Shown here: in pieces, positions 49,376 through 60,387 of the stretch
Layout of the letters: the number at the start of each line of letters is the position of its first letter
How positions within the stretch are numbered: the stretch's first letter is position 1
From: Spirochaetia bacterium
Lineage (GTDB): Bacteria > Spirochaetota > Spirochaetia > DSM-2461
DNA: 64,000 nt
NCBI GenBank assembly: GCA_963666985.2
Contig: CAXXIA010000001.1
Span: 672,001-736,000, forward strand
Reading direction: 5' to 3'
The notes under the pieces: model-generated
The model's database searches: none
Told to the model about the DNA's origin: nothing
What the model saw: only the letters and a program-made list of their open reading frames with translations
Program-made: the position numbers and the translations under genes

Positions 49376-51490
49376 CTACATTGCTCCGGATGTATCCTCA
49401 AGCACTCTGCTGACACGCCTGGGGTCTACCGGACGTCCGTTACGGTACAGAAGGACGTTTTCAATGGCGCCCGGAGAAGCCCAGATGATCTCACCTTCGG
49501 GAGGCATGGCGATCCAGCTGCCGTCGGTGAAAAAGTTAACTTCGAGTATTGCCTCGCCGCCGCGAATATTCCAGAAAACCAGTGTGCCGTCCGCATCAAT
49601 CCCATAGAGAATATTTCCGCGCGGACGGAGTGAAATCATAGGTTCATCCCATAGGTACTCGACGGACCTTCCGGCGTCTATTTTACGGATTTTATTCCCG
49701 ATCGTCGTGAAAATACCCGGTTCGCTTGGGTCGACATAGAGAAGTGCGTCCAGATCTTCACCATTTATTTTGCTCAAAGACCTGGTTTTTTCGGGATGAT
49801 CTTTATCATGCTGAAGAAGAATCGTTGACGATCCTCCGCTTCCCGGCTTAACGCCGATACTGTAAAGAGCATTGGGAGCCGATTCTATGGCGTAGACCAT
49901 GAATCTGTCGTCGTTTATCGGAATGGTCTCGCGCGTTTCGGTATCGATCATTTCCAAAGGACTTCCCGAAGTGTCGGATGATTTTCCGGCAAGGATAAAA
50001 TTATTTTCGGGAGAATACACGGCGTCCAGAATGCCCAGCGCGGAGAACGTGAAGAATGCTTCGCCCGTCGGAGTATCAACGATGGAAACCGTTCCGTTTC
50101 TATCGATTGTCAACAAACGCTGCTCGTCAACGATATCCAACTCTTGGAGAACGGCATTCGACGGAACATAACGCGTCGATTGGAAGTCAGGATAACGGAA
50201 CACGCGGTATCCCGCTCCTAAACGACCGCCCGAATCCTTGGCCCAAACAATCAGACGTCCGTCCGGAAGTACTCCGATTTCCGTATCGTCCGAATCCGTT
50301 CCCGAAGACGAACGGTCTTTGCGGAGAGTGTTGAGATCGTTGATATCCCCTCGCGAATTCTCTTCGAAGAATGGTGATTCAAAGCGCAGGATTTCTTTTG
50401 CTCCGCCGATATAAAGAGAATCATCGGAGAACGCCAGGGAATCGGGCTTCCAGACTTTATTGTTGACGACGGGTTGAAATCCGGATGCCGTTTGATGATA
50501 AAGGCAGCCGTTTGTTGCCATAAGATAAGTTTTTCCCTTTTTTCTTATGATATCCGAGCATGTGTCTCCCGGGCCGAGGAACTCAGATAATGAGGTTGAA
50601 GGGGAAAGGGTCGGATTTTCGGAACCGGAAAGGAATGCTCCGCCGCCGATTCTGTAGCTGTGGATTACCGAGCCCGTTGGACCGGCGGTAACGGCTTCGA
50701 TTTCCCCCGTATCGGGATCGACCGCCGCATCAATCAGCTGCGGTATATCCATCCGGTCCATTACGGCTCCGGTGTTCCGGTTGATAAGATAAAGACTTTC
50801 GTTTCGGCGACCGAACATCATTGTTTTATTGTTGTCGGCGTCTTCGATTTGAAGAACGGTAACGTCCAGCAGATTGCTCACCGTTTCCGAAGAACCTTTC
50901 AGAGCGGCGCTTCTGATATCCCAATATCTGATGGCGCCCGATGATGTGTAGGTCATGAGAATCGTTTCGGTGGATCCGATATAACCGGCGTTATAAAGCG
51001 AAGGAAGACGCTGGAGATAGGAAAGGCGTCTGCCCGTACGTCCTTCGAGAACCAGAATGCTGGGCGTTCCAAGGTTGCCCGCAACAAGGTATCGGCCTTT
51101 GGCGGACCAAGAAAGGAAGAGAGGTTCGGAATCCAGGGAATACCCAAAAATTTTCTTTTCTTCGTCCCAGTCCCAAACGGTGATTTCGGCGCCGTCTTCT
51201 CCGCCGGTTACCACGGCAACGCGATTATCGGCGGGATCTGTTTTGATATCGATTATATGATCGTCGGTGATTCTGAATCGATGAAGAACCTTGCCCGTTT
51301 CGGGTTCGGTGATGATAAGACGCCCGTCTTCCCCGGCTGAAACGATTGTGGAAGAACGATCGTGCCATTCAAAGGCAACCGGCGGACCGTCATGTCCCGT
51401 TTGAAGAACAAGATGATAAGATGCCGATGCCGTAGCGACGGCCAGGAACGAAAGCAGGACGAGAAATATGATTTTTTTCGCGTAAAGCAT
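49376..51490 (-). CDS. Secreted WD40/beta-propeller protein
   Basis: Signal peptide, LQTGH, SAGEDG, VWD, YWD repeats. Confidence 0.75.
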   Translation of the reverse strand: MLYAKKIIFLVLLSFLAVATASASYHLVLQTGHDGPPVAFEWHDRSSTIVSAGEDGRLIITEPETGKVLHRFRITDDHIIDIKTDPADNRVAVVTGGEDGAEITVWDWDEEKKIFGYSLDSEPLFLSWSAKGRYLVAGNLGTPSILVLEGRTGRRLSYLQRLPSLYNAGYIGSTETILMTYTSSGAIRYWDIRSAALKGSSETVSNLLDVTVLQIEDADNNKTMMFGRRNESLYLINRNTGAVMDRMDIPQLIDAAVDPDTGEIEAVTAGPTGSVIHSYRIGGGAFLSGSENPTLSPSTSLSEFLGPGDTCSDIIRKKGKTYLMATNGCLYHQTASGFQPVVNNKVWKPDSLAFSDDSLYIGGAKEILRFESPFFEENSRGDINDLNTLRKDRSSSGTDSDDTEIGVLPDGRLIVWAKDSGGRLGAGYRVFRYPDFQSTRYVPSNAVLQELDIVDEQRLLTIDRNGTVSIVDTPTGEAFFTFSALGILDAVYSPENNFILAGKSSDTSGSPLEMIDTETRETIPINDDRFMVYAIESAPNALYSIGVKPGSGGSSTILLQHDKDHPEKTRSLSKINGEDLDALLYVDPSEPGIFTTIGNKIRKIDAGRSVEYLWDEPMISLRPRGNILYGIDADGTLVFWNIRGGEAILEVNFFTDGSWIAMPPEGEIIWASPGAIENVLLYRNGRPVDPRRVSRVLEDTSGAM

Positions 51491-51500
51491 GGGCACTCCC

Positions 51501-52859
51501 TTAGCGACTGTTGAAATGCAGGACGTCGCCGGTTGTCGCCGCAACGGCGATGATGAATACGATAATTGTACCGACGAATTGATATCTGTAAACAGACCTC
51601 GGTTTGATCGGTTTTCCGGCTGCCGTTTCCACAAGAAACAAAAGAATCTGACCGCCGTCGAGAACAGGGATGGGAAGAAGGTTCAGGAAAGCCAGAGAGA
51701 CGGAGATTAGCGACATCAGCTCAAAAGACCAAAGAAATCCCGGTCCGATTCCGCTCCTGAAACCGGCGGCGACCACGGCGCCCGTATCGGATATAAGTCT
51801 GATGGGACCGGAGACGGCATTTTGGATTTTAATGCCTAAAAACAGCATCCTCAAACCCTTGAGGGTGGAAACAAGAGTCTCGACGGTCTCGGTTACACCC
51901 TTGCCGAACGCCTGGAAACCGTTAAGCCGGGCGGATCGTCCGTTAAGAAGACGAAAAGACAGACCGGGCGATTCTTCCGGCCGCAGAGAAAGGTTCAATT
52001 CAAGCTGTTTCCCGGAGCGATCGACAACTATGTGCATCGTCGCGGGAGCGGACTCGGGCAAAGCGGAGAAAAAAGCGACGGTGTGGGGTGTGGGTTTCCC
52101 GTCGGCCGAAATAATCAGGTCGCCTTCCTGGAATCCCGCCGCCCGGGCCGGAGAATTATCGGCGACGGCGTTTATCAGGGGATTCACCCAGCTGAGAACG
52201 CCGATAATGGCGGCACCCGACTCCTTATCCAGTTCCGGAGTGATGCGGAGTGACTTTTCTCGCCCGTTTCGCAGAACCGTGAGATTCAGGGATTCCCCCG
52301 GACGGAAAACAAGGCTGCGGCGAAGTTCCTCAAACCGATCGACAGGCTTCCCGTCGACGGCCGTGATTAAATCTCCGCTCATCAAGCCCGCTTTATCCGC
52401 GGGCCATGTTTTACTATCGATATTCCATTCGGAGGCCAGAACGACTCGCGGTTCGGTATATGTTTCGTTGTAACCGATCCAGGAAATGAGCATAAAGACG
52501 ATAATGGAAAAAAGAACGTTGGCGGCCGGTCCCGATATGGCGACGATGATGCGTTTCCAGGGAACCGAAGAGTAGTAATCGCCCGGTTCTCCCGGAATAT
52601 GATCAAGATTTTCTTCCAGAGCTTTCTTAAAAGACTCCTCCCCGTAAAAACGGCAATAGCCTCCCAGCGGAATTAAAGACAGCCTGAAGTCGGTCTCTTT
52701 TTTCCTGAATCCGAAAAGACGTTTCCCGAAACCGACGGAAAAGGTTTCGACACGAATCCCCGTAAGACGGGCGGCAAGGAAATGGCCTCCTTCATGAACC
52801 ATCACAACAATGGAAAGACCGATTATGCCAAGAAGAATCTCAAGTATTTTTGATGTCAT
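51501..52859 (-). CDS. rseP: Intramembrane metalloprotease RseP
   Basis: HEGGH, LIPLGGY, two PDZ domains, NLLPIPVLDGG. Confidence 0.93.
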   Translation of the reverse strand: MTSKILEILLGIIGLSIVVMVHEGGHFLAARLTGIRVETFSVGFGKRLFGFRKKETDFRLSLIPLGGYCRFYGEESFKKALEENLDHIPGEPGDYYSSVPWKRIIVAISGPAANVLFSIIVFMLISWIGYNETYTEPRVVLASEWNIDSKTWPADKAGLMSGDLITAVDGKPVDRFEELRRSLVFRPGESLNLTVLRNGREKSLRITPELDKESGAAIIGVLSWVNPLINAVADNSPARAAGFQEGDLIISADGKPTPHTVAFFSALPESAPATMHIVVDRSGKQLELNLSLRPEESPGLSFRLLNGRSARLNGFQAFGKGVTETVETLVSTLKGLRMLFLGIKIQNAVSGPIRLISDTGAVVAAGFRSGIGPGFLWSFELMSLISVSLAFLNLLPIPVLDGGQILLFLVETAAGKPIKPRSVYRYQFVGTIIVFIIAVAATTGDVLHFNSR

Positions 52860-53695
52860 CAGAGAACCGCACTCTCGAGGAAAATAACGAAAAACGGCGC
52901 TGTAAAGAGGATGGAATCGACTGAATCGAACATGCCTCCGCGTCCGAAAATGATGTTCCCGGAGTCTTTGACATTAACGGAGCGCTTTAACGCCGATTCG
53001 GTCAAATCTCCGAGAAAGGTTACGGCGGCGATTATAACGGCAAAGAGCAGAAGCTGCCATAACGGATGGGGAAGAATCTCGGGAACAAGCCGTGAAGTAA
53101 CGAAAACCACGACGATGGAACCCAGTGTTCCTCCGAGGAATCCTTCCAGACTTTTATTGGGGCTGACCGCGAAGATTCCCCGTTTTTTCCCGAAGCAGAC
53201 GCCGAAAAGCCAGGCGGCCGAATCGTTTATGAAAACCGTTAAAGCGAAAAAAAGCAGGACGAAACGGGCGTTATCAAACCAAGTGAGGCGGGAAACCCAC
53301 CAAATCAGCCACCCGGGATAAATCACCATGAAAAGACGGCTGCTCATTCGGAGAAAGCCTTTGTCCAGGTCCGCTTCTTTGGCGAAGGCGGCATCGGAAA
53401 GGGCCCAGGCAACTGCGATGATCATCATGATTATCCCCGCCGAATGCGGAAGCCATCCCATATTGATCGTCCAGGAAAGGAAGGGCACGAGTCCGGGAAG
53501 GGCCGCGCTCCAAACCGGCAGAGAGGGCGCGACTTTCTTCAGCATGGCTCTCAGTTCCATCCCGCAGAGTATGCCGATAACACTTAAGAAAATAATGACG
53601 GCCAGATACTTCAGATAGGGCAGAAAAAGAATAAGGGCGATAATGGCGGGTACGGCCGCGAAAAACAAAATCAGCCTTTTGGCCGTATTGGTCAT
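52859..53695 (-). CDS. cdsA: Phosphatidate cytidylyltransferase
   Basis: NDSAAW, SPNKSLEG, GDLTESALKR, KDSG, GGMFD. Confidence 0.92.
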   Translation of the reverse strand: MTNTAKRLILFFAAVPAIIALILFLPYLKYLAVIIFLSVIGILCGMELRAMLKKVAPSLPVWSAALPGLVPFLSWTINMGWLPHSAGIIMMIIAVAWALSDAAFAKEADLDKGFLRMSSRLFMVIYPGWLIWWVSRLTWFDNARFVLLFFALTVFINDSAAWLFGVCFGKKRGIFAVSPNKSLEGFLGGTLGSIVVVFVTSRLVPEILPHPLWQLLLFAVIIAAVTFLGDLTESALKRSVNVKDSGNIIFGRGGMFDSVDSILFTAPFFVIFLESAVL

Positions 53696-54399
53696 TTGGG
53701 AACCCCTCCGTATCTGCGCTGCCGTTTGGCGAAGTGAGATACGGCTTCATCAAGCATGGATTCGGAAAAGTCGGGCCAATAGGCATCCGAGAAATAGAAC
53801 TCGGCATAAGCGGCCTGCCAAATGAGAAAATTGCTGATTCGAAGTTCGTCACCGGTTCTGATCATAAGGTCGAGATTACACAAATCCGGATGATCCAGGG
53901 AAGAACTGATGTCTTCTTCGGTGATGCCGCCGCAGTTTCGCCCGGCGGCGGCAAAGCGTCTGACGGCCCGGACAATTTCATCCCGGCCGCCGTAATTAAT
54001 GAGAAGATTCACGCGCATTCCGCTAAAGCCGGAGGTATCCTCTTCGGCAAGAAGAATCTCTTCCATGACCGGGCTCGGAAGACGTTCCAAATCGCCCGAA
54101 TGGGTGATCCGAATGCCTTTTTCCCGGTAGAAATCGTATTGTCTGCGTAAATGAGTTTTGATTAAACCCATCAGAAAATTGACTTCTTCCTCGGTGCGCC
54201 GCCAATTCTCCGTGGAGAACGTGAAAAGAGATAAGGTTGAAACACCGAGATCCGAAGCATGCGCAACGATGCGCTTGGCCGTTTCAAGGCCCTCCCTGTG
54301 ACCGGCCGTTCGAGGCAGACCGCGTTCGGAAGCCCAGCGGCCGTTGCCGTCCATGATAATTCCGATATGCGCGGGGACGGCGTTTTCCTCAGGGGGCAT
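53692..54399 (-). CDS. uppS: Undecaprenyl diphosphate synthase
   Basis: HIGIIMDGNGRWA, FSTENW, NYGGR, RISNFL. Confidence 0.96.
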   Translation of the reverse strand: MPPEENAVPAHIGIIMDGNGRWASERGLPRTAGHREGLETAKRIVAHASDLGVSTLSLFTFSTENWRRTEEEVNFLMGLIKTHLRRQYDFYREKGIRITHSGDLERLPSPVMEEILLAEEDTSGFSGMRVNLLINYGGRDEIVRAVRRFAAAGRNCGGITEEDISSSLDHPDLCNLDLMIRTGDELRISNFLIWQAAYAEFYFSDAYWPDFSESMLDEAVSHFAKRQRRYGGVPK

Positions 54400-54941
54400 C
54401 AAACCTCCATTATCTCCTGTTCTTTCTTCTTCAGAACCTCGCCGATTTTCTCTATGTAAGAGTCGGTAAGCTTTTGAATGTCGTCGGTGCCTCTTTTCTG
54501 CTCGTCTTCGGTGAAGTCACCGTTTTTAATCTGTTCATTGGTATCGCGGCGGATATTACGAACGGCGACGCGGGCGTTTTCGGCTAGATTCTTGGCCTGT
54601 TTGACCAATTCCTTCCGCCTCTCTTCGTTCAGGGGCGGAATATTGATTCGGATAACTTTACCGTCGTTATTCGGATTCAGGCCTAATTCCGAGGCCAAAA
54701 TGGCCTTTTCGATATCGGCCATTGAGTTGCGGTCAAAGGGCTGAATAACGATGAGCCGGGCTTCGGGTACGGAGATGTTGGCAATTTGATTCAGCGGCGT
54801 GGGTGTACCGTAATAATCAACCTTCAACTTATCAAAGATGGCGGCCGACGCCCGTCCGGTTCTCAGGAGGTTGAAGTCGTCCTCCAGCGCGCCGATGCTC
54901 TTTTTCATCCTTCCTTCGGACTTGGCTTTAACCTCTTGCAT
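54399..54941 (-). CDS. frr: Ribosome recycling factor
   Basis: LRTGRAS, DYYG, PPLNEERR, RNIRR. Confidence 0.97.
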   Translation of the reverse strand: MQEVKAKSEGRMKKSIGALEDDFNLLRTGRASAAIFDKLKVDYYGTPTPLNQIANISVPEARLIVIQPFDRNSMADIEKAILASELGLNPNNDGKVIRINIPPLNEERRKELVKQAKNLAENARVAVRNIRRDTNEQIKNGDFTEDEQKRGTDDIQKLTDSYIEKIGEVLKKKEQEIMEV

Positions 54942-55077
54942 GGCTTCTCTCCTTAATTGGGACGGCGTATTCGCCCATGGAGAAGAACGAAACGCCGGTG
55001 CCCATTATATAAGAAATCCGGGAGATATCGAATCTCCCGGCGGGACAATCCCGGATTTTCAAACCGATAAAAATCCG

Positions 55078-55923
55078 TCAGTCTTCCTGGCCGACGGCGA
55101 TATAAGCGTAATCGGTCAGTTTGACCGATCCGCCGACTTCTTTCGCCACCTCGGAGATGATCTGCGTAACGGACTTCTTGTCTTCCTTGACGAAGCCTTG
55201 ATCGACAAAGCAGATCTGAGAAAGATGCTTGTTTAATTTTCCCTTCACAATGCCTTGGATGACTTTTTCGGGTTTGTCTCCCAAATTGTTGGCCTGAGTC
55301 GTGAAAATTTCTTCCTGTTCCTTCAAATATGCCGGATCGACCGAATCCCGGTTCAGATAAAGGGGATTAAAGGCGGCCGCATGAAGAGCCAAGTCGAAGG
55401 CAAGGGTTTTTACCTCGTCCTTAGCGGCGATTGCGGCATCGGCGCACGTGAGCTTGACCATGGTTCCGATAACGCCGCCGTTATGAGCGTAATTAACCAC
55501 TAAGTCATTATCGGCAACACTCCAGCAGACCATTTTCCCCAGGAGCATATTCTCTTTCAGAATGGCGATTGATTCCTTCACCATCGTTTCAAGTTTTTCG
55601 GTTTTCTCGGCTGTTCCCTGTTCGGCCAGAGCGGCAGCGATTTGTTCGCCGGTATTCTTGAAATTATCCGTTTTGGCAACGAAATCCGTTTCGCATGTCA
55701 GTTCCACCATAGCGGCTTTTCCGTTCTTCATTGAAAAGAACACGGAACCGTTATTCGTTGCACGTCCGATACGCTTTTCAGCGCTCGCCAGACCTTGTTC
55801 CTTCAATATTTTTTCAGCCGCGGCGAAGTCTCCGCCGGCTTTAACCAGGGCGTTTTTGCAATCAAGCATTCCGGCTCCGGTTCGGTCGCGAAGTTTCTTT
55901 ACATCTTGTGGTGTAACGGCCAC
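55078..55923 (-). CDS. tsf: Elongation factor Ts
   Basis: VKKLRDRTGAGMLDCK, CETDFVA; GTG start 55923. Confidence 0.96.
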   Translation of the reverse strand: MAVTPQDVKKLRDRTGAGMLDCKNALVKAGGDFAAAEKILKEQGLASAEKRIGRATNNGSVFFSMKNGKAAMVELTCETDFVAKTDNFKNTGEQIAAALAEQGTAEKTEKLETMVKESIAILKENMLLGKMVCWSVADNDLVVNYAHNGGVIGTMVKLTCADAAIAAKDEVKTLAFDLALHAAAFNPLYLNRDSVDPAYLKEQEEIFTTQANNLGDKPEKVIQGIVKGKLNKHLSQICFVDQGFVKEDKKSVTQIISEVAKEVGGSVKLTDYAYIAVGQED

Positions 55924-55924
55924 T

Positions 55925-56839
55925 TTAATTCTCCTCTGTTTTCTCTTGAGTCTCTTCCGCATCATCGGAGGAAGAGACTTCTTCCTTTGAGTCTTTTACC
56001 TCGTCCTCATCTTCATCCGCCGACTCATCGTCGGAATCAAAAGCCGACTCGTCATCATCATCGGAGTCGTCGTCATCATCATCTTTGGACTCATTATTGT
56101 CGGCGAAAATGTCGCCTTCTTCATCGTCCTGAAGAGTTTCGATAACTTTCAGCCCCTGTTCGTTATCGGCTTCGATAACGGCGTTGGCGATAACCTGGGT
56201 AAAGAGGTTGATGGCGCGTATGGCGTCGTCGTTGCCCGGAATGGGGTAGTCGATGCCGTCGGGATTGCAGTTGGTGTCGACGACGGCCACGATGGGAATG
56301 CCCATCCTTCGCGCTTCGGCAACGGCGATGGCTTCTTTCCGGGTGTCGATAATGAAAATAACGCCCGGAAGGTCGTTCATGTTCTTGATGCCGCCCAGGT
56401 TTTTTTCAAGTTTGTCTTTCTCTTTGTTCAGACGGGAGACTTCTTTTTTTGTAAGCTGATCGAAGGTACCGTCGATTTCCATCTTTTCGATTTTCTTCAG
56501 GCGAAGAAGCGATTTCTTGATGGTGCTGAAATTGGTCAGCATGCCGCCGAGCCATCGATTGTTCACATAGAACATCTCACAGCGTTCGGCTTCTCTTTTA
56601 ACGGATGCCTGGGCCTGTTTCTTCGTGCCGACGAACAGCACCGATTTTCCGGCCAAGACGTTTTTGCGAACCACGTCGTAGGCATCCTTGATGGCCACGA
56701 TGGTCTTCTGCAAATCGATGATATGAATCCCGTTTCTCTGGGCGAAGATATATTTCTTCATCCTGGGATCCCAGCGCCGGGTTTGGTGACCGAAATGGAC
56801 ACCCGACTCCAGCAGGTTCTTCATGGTTACGACTGCCAT
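55925..56839 (-). CDS. rpsB: 30S ribosomal protein S2
   Basis: [26 protein letters not shown]; acidic C-tail. Confidence 0.97.
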   Translation of the reverse strand: MAVVTMKNLLESGVHFGHQTRRWDPRMKKYIFAQRNGIHIIDLQKTIVAIKDAYDVVRKNVLAGKSVLFVGTKKQAQASVKREAERCEMFYVNNRWLGGMLTNFSTIKKSLLRLKKIEKMEIDGTFDQLTKKEVSRLNKEKDKLEKNLGGIKNMNDLPGVIFIIDTRKEAIAVAEARRMGIPIVAVVDTNCNPDGIDYPIPGNDDAIRAINLFTQVIANAVIEADNEQGLKVIETLQDDEEGDIFADNNESKDDDDDDSDDDDESAFDSDDESADEDEDEVKDSKEEVSSSDDAEETQEKTEEN

Positions 56840-56973
56840 GAATCCTCCTCTTGATTCCGCGTTCCGCATCCGTCGGATGATTCACGCGGTCCTTCCCTTG
56901 ATTCTCGATGAATTCGGAAAACCGATGTTCATCGGAAGATTAAGATTCGTCTCTACGAGATCGGATCGGTATC

Positions 56974-57645
56974 CTACTCCAGAGGGTAGGACAACTCGGT
57001 GAGTATGCCGTATAGGGGGGCGAGTGGCAAGCCCACGACAGTGGACCAAAGGCCTTCGATCCGCTCCAGAAGGACGGCTCCTTTGCCCTGTATCCGGTAC
57101 GCGCCGGCGGCTCCCCGCCATTCGCCCGTACGTATATAGGAACGGATTTCGTTCTTGGAGAAATCCCGGAAAGTCACCGTTGTCGTATGGCAGAGGCTTT
57201 TAACGGTTCCCAAACCGCTTGAAATGATTTGGGCGAGCGATTTCGATGAGCTTAAGTCCTCAGGCATCGCCGATATCGGATTCTTTTGAGAGAACGCGGG
57301 TGCGTAAACAACGAGTCCGGTGTGTACCGAATGCTGTCGGCCGGAGAGTTCCGAGAGCATTTCGGCGGCTTCCTCTTCATCGGAAGGTTTCCCGAGAAGT
57401 CCTCCGGGCCCTTCCACAAGCGTATCGGCGGCGATTCCCCAGGAATAAACATGCTGAAGATTTCCGAAAAGACCGGCTTCCAGTTTTCTTGATGCGATTT
57501 CGGTTACGGAATCTTGGGGAGATGTCTTCTCGGGAATCCGTTCATCGGCATCGGCGGGAATCACCTCGAAAGGAAGATTCAGTACGTTCAAGAGCTCCCG
57601 CCGTCTCGGCGATGCCGAGTAGAGATAAATGAGCGGCTTTCCCAT
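56974..57645 (-). CDS. maf: Maf family nucleoside triphosphate pyrophosphatase
   Basis: SASPRRRELL, ADT, LGKP, AGAYRIQG, VVGLP. Confidence 0.9.
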   Translation of the reverse strand: MGKPLIYLYSASPRRRELLNVLNLPFEVIPADADERIPEKTSPQDSVTEIASRKLEAGLFGNLQHVYSWGIAADTLVEGPGGLLGKPSDEEEAAEMLSELSGRQHSVHTGLVVYAPAFSQKNPISAMPEDLSSSKSLAQIISSGLGTVKSLCHTTTVTFRDFSKNEIRSYIRTGEWRGAAGAYRIQGKGAVLLERIEGLWSTVVGLPLAPLYGILTELSYPLE

Positions 57646-57792
57646 TAATTCGATCGTTCGCGGCATTTTAAGAAATCCCAATGATTTTAACTTCAGACAT
57701 CCTATCCGAGTCTTTTGATGACGGGCAACACAATTTGACTTAAAAGTATAATATACCAATAATAATCGATAGGGTCTTATCCCCGACGGAGA

Positions 57793-58323
57793 GTGATGAT
57801 GGTTCTGTTGTTCGCCAAGCTGCTGAGCGCCCTTACAGCCTATGGACGTCCCGGCCGGATCGCGTTTGCCATGGCTCTGGGTCTTATGCTGGCCCTTATT
57901 CCGGGAGGTACGCTTCTTTGGATTATCCTTTTTGTACCTCTGATGCTTGTTCGAATTAATCAGGCCGCCTTATTGGGAACCATGGGCGTTTTCCGTTTGT
58001 TGGCGCCTCTTTATGATCCGTTTTCCGAGTCTCTGGGCTACCGATTGCTCACCCTTGATGCCCTCTATCGGCCGATGGGACGATTTTTAAGCGTTCCTTT
58101 TATCGGCTGGCTGCGATTGGATGATTCTTTTGTTTTCGGCGGATTGGTTCTCGGATTGATTGCTCTGCCGGTTGCCTTCTTTGTTTTCCGGCTGCTTGTA
58201 GGGCTTTATCGGCGTTTCCTGGCCGGAAAAATCAAGGCCGTATTTCATCGGATCGGAGCGAAAGTACCGCTTATTGGGCGCCTTGCCAAAGCCGTAACGG
58301 CCGTCCGGGGAGGTGCGTTATGA
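57793..58323 (+). CDS. TIGR03546/DUF2062-like membrane protein
   Basis: Hydrophobic 176 aa with IAFAMALG..IP, GYRLL pattern; coupled to a large membrane-anchored gene. Confidence 0.65.
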   Translation: MMMVLLFAKLLSALTAYGRPGRIAFAMALGLMLALIPGGTLLWIILFVPLMLVRINQAALLGTMGVFRLLAPLYDPFSESLGYRLLTLDALYRPMGRFLSVPFIGWLRLDDSFVFGGLVLGLIALPVAFFVFRLLVGLYRRFLAGKIKAVFHRIGAKVPLIGRLAKAVTAVRGGAL

Positions 58324-60341
58324 AAAAAGTAAAGAAGGAAGCCGAGGCGGGAAGATCCAAGGCGTCTTCCGCTGAAAAAACTCCGAAAATACCCGGAGCC
58401 TTTCGCAAGCCTTTGAAAAAAAGGCGCTTTGGGAAACTGATCAAGATGCTCACCGACTCCGGCGAGATAAAAATCTTGGAAGCCGCTTTTCCCGAAGGTG
58501 CGGACGGACGCCGGCGCTACAAAGCGCCGGCGGAGAAAAAGAAAGCGAAGGAAATCGCCGTTATTCTTAAAAAGGTCCGAAAAGCACGAAGCGGCCCGCG
58601 CACGGTCCGTCTGATTTTCGTGGTAATACTCATTGGTGTTCCGGTTATCTTCAGCGCGCTGTTTCTTGATCGAACAGCTTCACGTCGGCTTGAAGGAATT
58701 CTTGAAAAACAGACGGGAACCGACGCAACCGTTGCAGGTCTGGACATTTCTATTCCGAAGGGGAGTATCCGAATAGGAAAACTTGCTTTGGCATCCCAAT
58801 CGGATCCGATGATTGATGAATGGGTCCTGGAAAATCTGGCGGCCGATATTCGATTAACTTCGCTTTCTTTTCGGAGGGTGATTATCGACGAAGTTTCCGC
58901 CGAGTTCGCCATGAAAGTTCCCAGAGAAACGTCGGCCGTTTATCCCGGGAAAAGGGCGAAAGAATCCGAGGAGAAGAAGGGCGGCGGATTGAGTTTCGAT
59001 ACGGATTTGCTTCCGAGTGTGAATCTTCAATTTGATTCGGCCGATTTGGTTCCGTCTATGCGGGAAGATTTGGAAGCCGAATACAAGGATTTGATCGATG
59101 GCTTGGATGACGATATCGATGAAGCCCGGGAAGTCGGTGAAAGAGCCGCCGAACTGTTAGGTCGCTCTTTGCCCGGGAAAAACGATCTTGCCGGATGGAC
59201 CGCGTTGGTGACGGACGGAAAAGATCTCGCCGAAGATTTGAAGTCTCAGAGCGAAATAATTGAAGAATACCGAACTCGAATAAGCCGGGCCGCCGAGACG
59301 GCGAAAGAAGCATCCGAAGAAGCCCGCCGGGCCGTGGAAAAAGATTTGGCGAAGATTGAGGATGCCGTTTCATTTGATCGCAATACGCTGAACGAATGGC
59401 TCGGATCGGCAATAGGTTCTTATTTGGGGCCCAAAGCCGAGGTGATTTTCAATAAGATAAACGCTTTGCGTTCCCCTTCGGGCGAAGAGACGAGGGAAAG
59501 CCGAACAAAACGTTCCGAAAAAGGCCGAATGAAAAGCGGACGCATCGTTTCTTTCCCGGTCCGTCTTCCTCCGCGCTTCAGTATCGGGAGAATGCATTTC
59601 AGCGCTCTCGGAGCCGAACTGAACGGAACGAATGTCGGTATCGACCATGATTTGGCGGGTGCGCCCTCGGTGCTGAATCTTGAGATTAGCGGCATGAGCG
59701 GAGTTGAAGGATCTCTTGCCGCCGATCTTACCGTGGACGGCCGGAGCGGGGCGGATAGGATTATAGACGGAAAGGCCGCGAGCTCCGGATGGGCATGGTC
59801 TACGGGATCCGGCGAGGATGATTTGGGCGGAAACCTGGAAGCGACGGCGGATTTTTTCGTGAATGCGGAGAATCCCGATCTGTTCGCCGCATCAGGGAAA
59901 GCCGTTATCTCGAACTGGAGCGGACGTTTGAGCGGCGGAACGGTGGATATCGTTTCCGCCGATTCTCCCCCGCTGGCGGTCGAATACGAACTGACAATAG
60001 AACAGGGTGTTCCGCTGCTGAAGCTTTCCCTTGCGGAAGGCATGTTTGAAAGCTGGAGTAAAGCGCTGGCGGAATCGATTCTGCCTCTCGGAGCCGAACA
60101 GGCAAAAGCGGCGCTGTTGGATGCCGTCGGTGATGATTTGGACGGACTTGATGAGGTGCTTGGGAATCTTAACGCCGAAAGCGCGGATTTGAATGATCTC
60201 GGCAATCTTCTGGATTCACAGGAACGCAAACTCGAGGAGAACCTGCAAGATTGGACGAATAAGGCGGCCGGCGGGATGAACATTCCCGGAACCGAAGATA
60301 TCGCGGAGAAAGCCGCAAAAGGATTGAAGTCGTTATTTTAG
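58320..60341 (+). CDS. TIGR03545-like membrane-anchored protein
   Basis: Single TM, AsmA-like beta region, coiled coil, GRIVSFP; ATGA overlap with the preceding gene. Confidence 0.55.
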   Translation: MKKVKKEAEAGRSKASSAEKTPKIPGAFRKPLKKRRFGKLIKMLTDSGEIKILEAAFPEGADGRRRYKAPAEKKKAKEIAVILKKVRKARSGPRTVRLIFVVILIGVPVIFSALFLDRTASRRLEGILEKQTGTDATVAGLDISIPKGSIRIGKLALASQSDPMIDEWVLENLAADIRLTSLSFRRVIIDEVSAEFAMKVPRETSAVYPGKRAKESEEKKGGGLSFDTDLLPSVNLQFDSADLVPSMREDLEAEYKDLIDGLDDDIDEAREVGERAAELLGRSLPGKNDLAGWTALVTDGKDLAEDLKSQSEIIEEYRTRISRAAETAKEASEEARRAVEKDLAKIEDAVSFDRNTLNEWLGSAIGSYLGPKAEVIFNKINALRSPSGEETRESRTKRSEKGRMKSGRIVSFPVRLPPRFSIGRMHFSALGAELNGTNVGIDHDLAGAPSVLNLEISGMSGVEGSLAADLTVDGRSGADRIIDGKAASSGWAWSTGSGEDDLGGNLEATADFFVNAENPDLFAASGKAVISNWSGRLSGGTVDIVSADSPPLAVEYELTIEQGVPLLKLSLAEGMFESWSKALAESILPLGAEQAKAALLDAVGDDLDGLDEVLGNLNAESADLNDLGNLLDSQERKLEENLQDWTNKAAGGMNIPGTEDIAEKAAKGLKSLF

Positions 60342-60387
60342 AATTTTTTATAGCAGCCGGGGGGCCGAAGCGCATTTCATAACCCAT

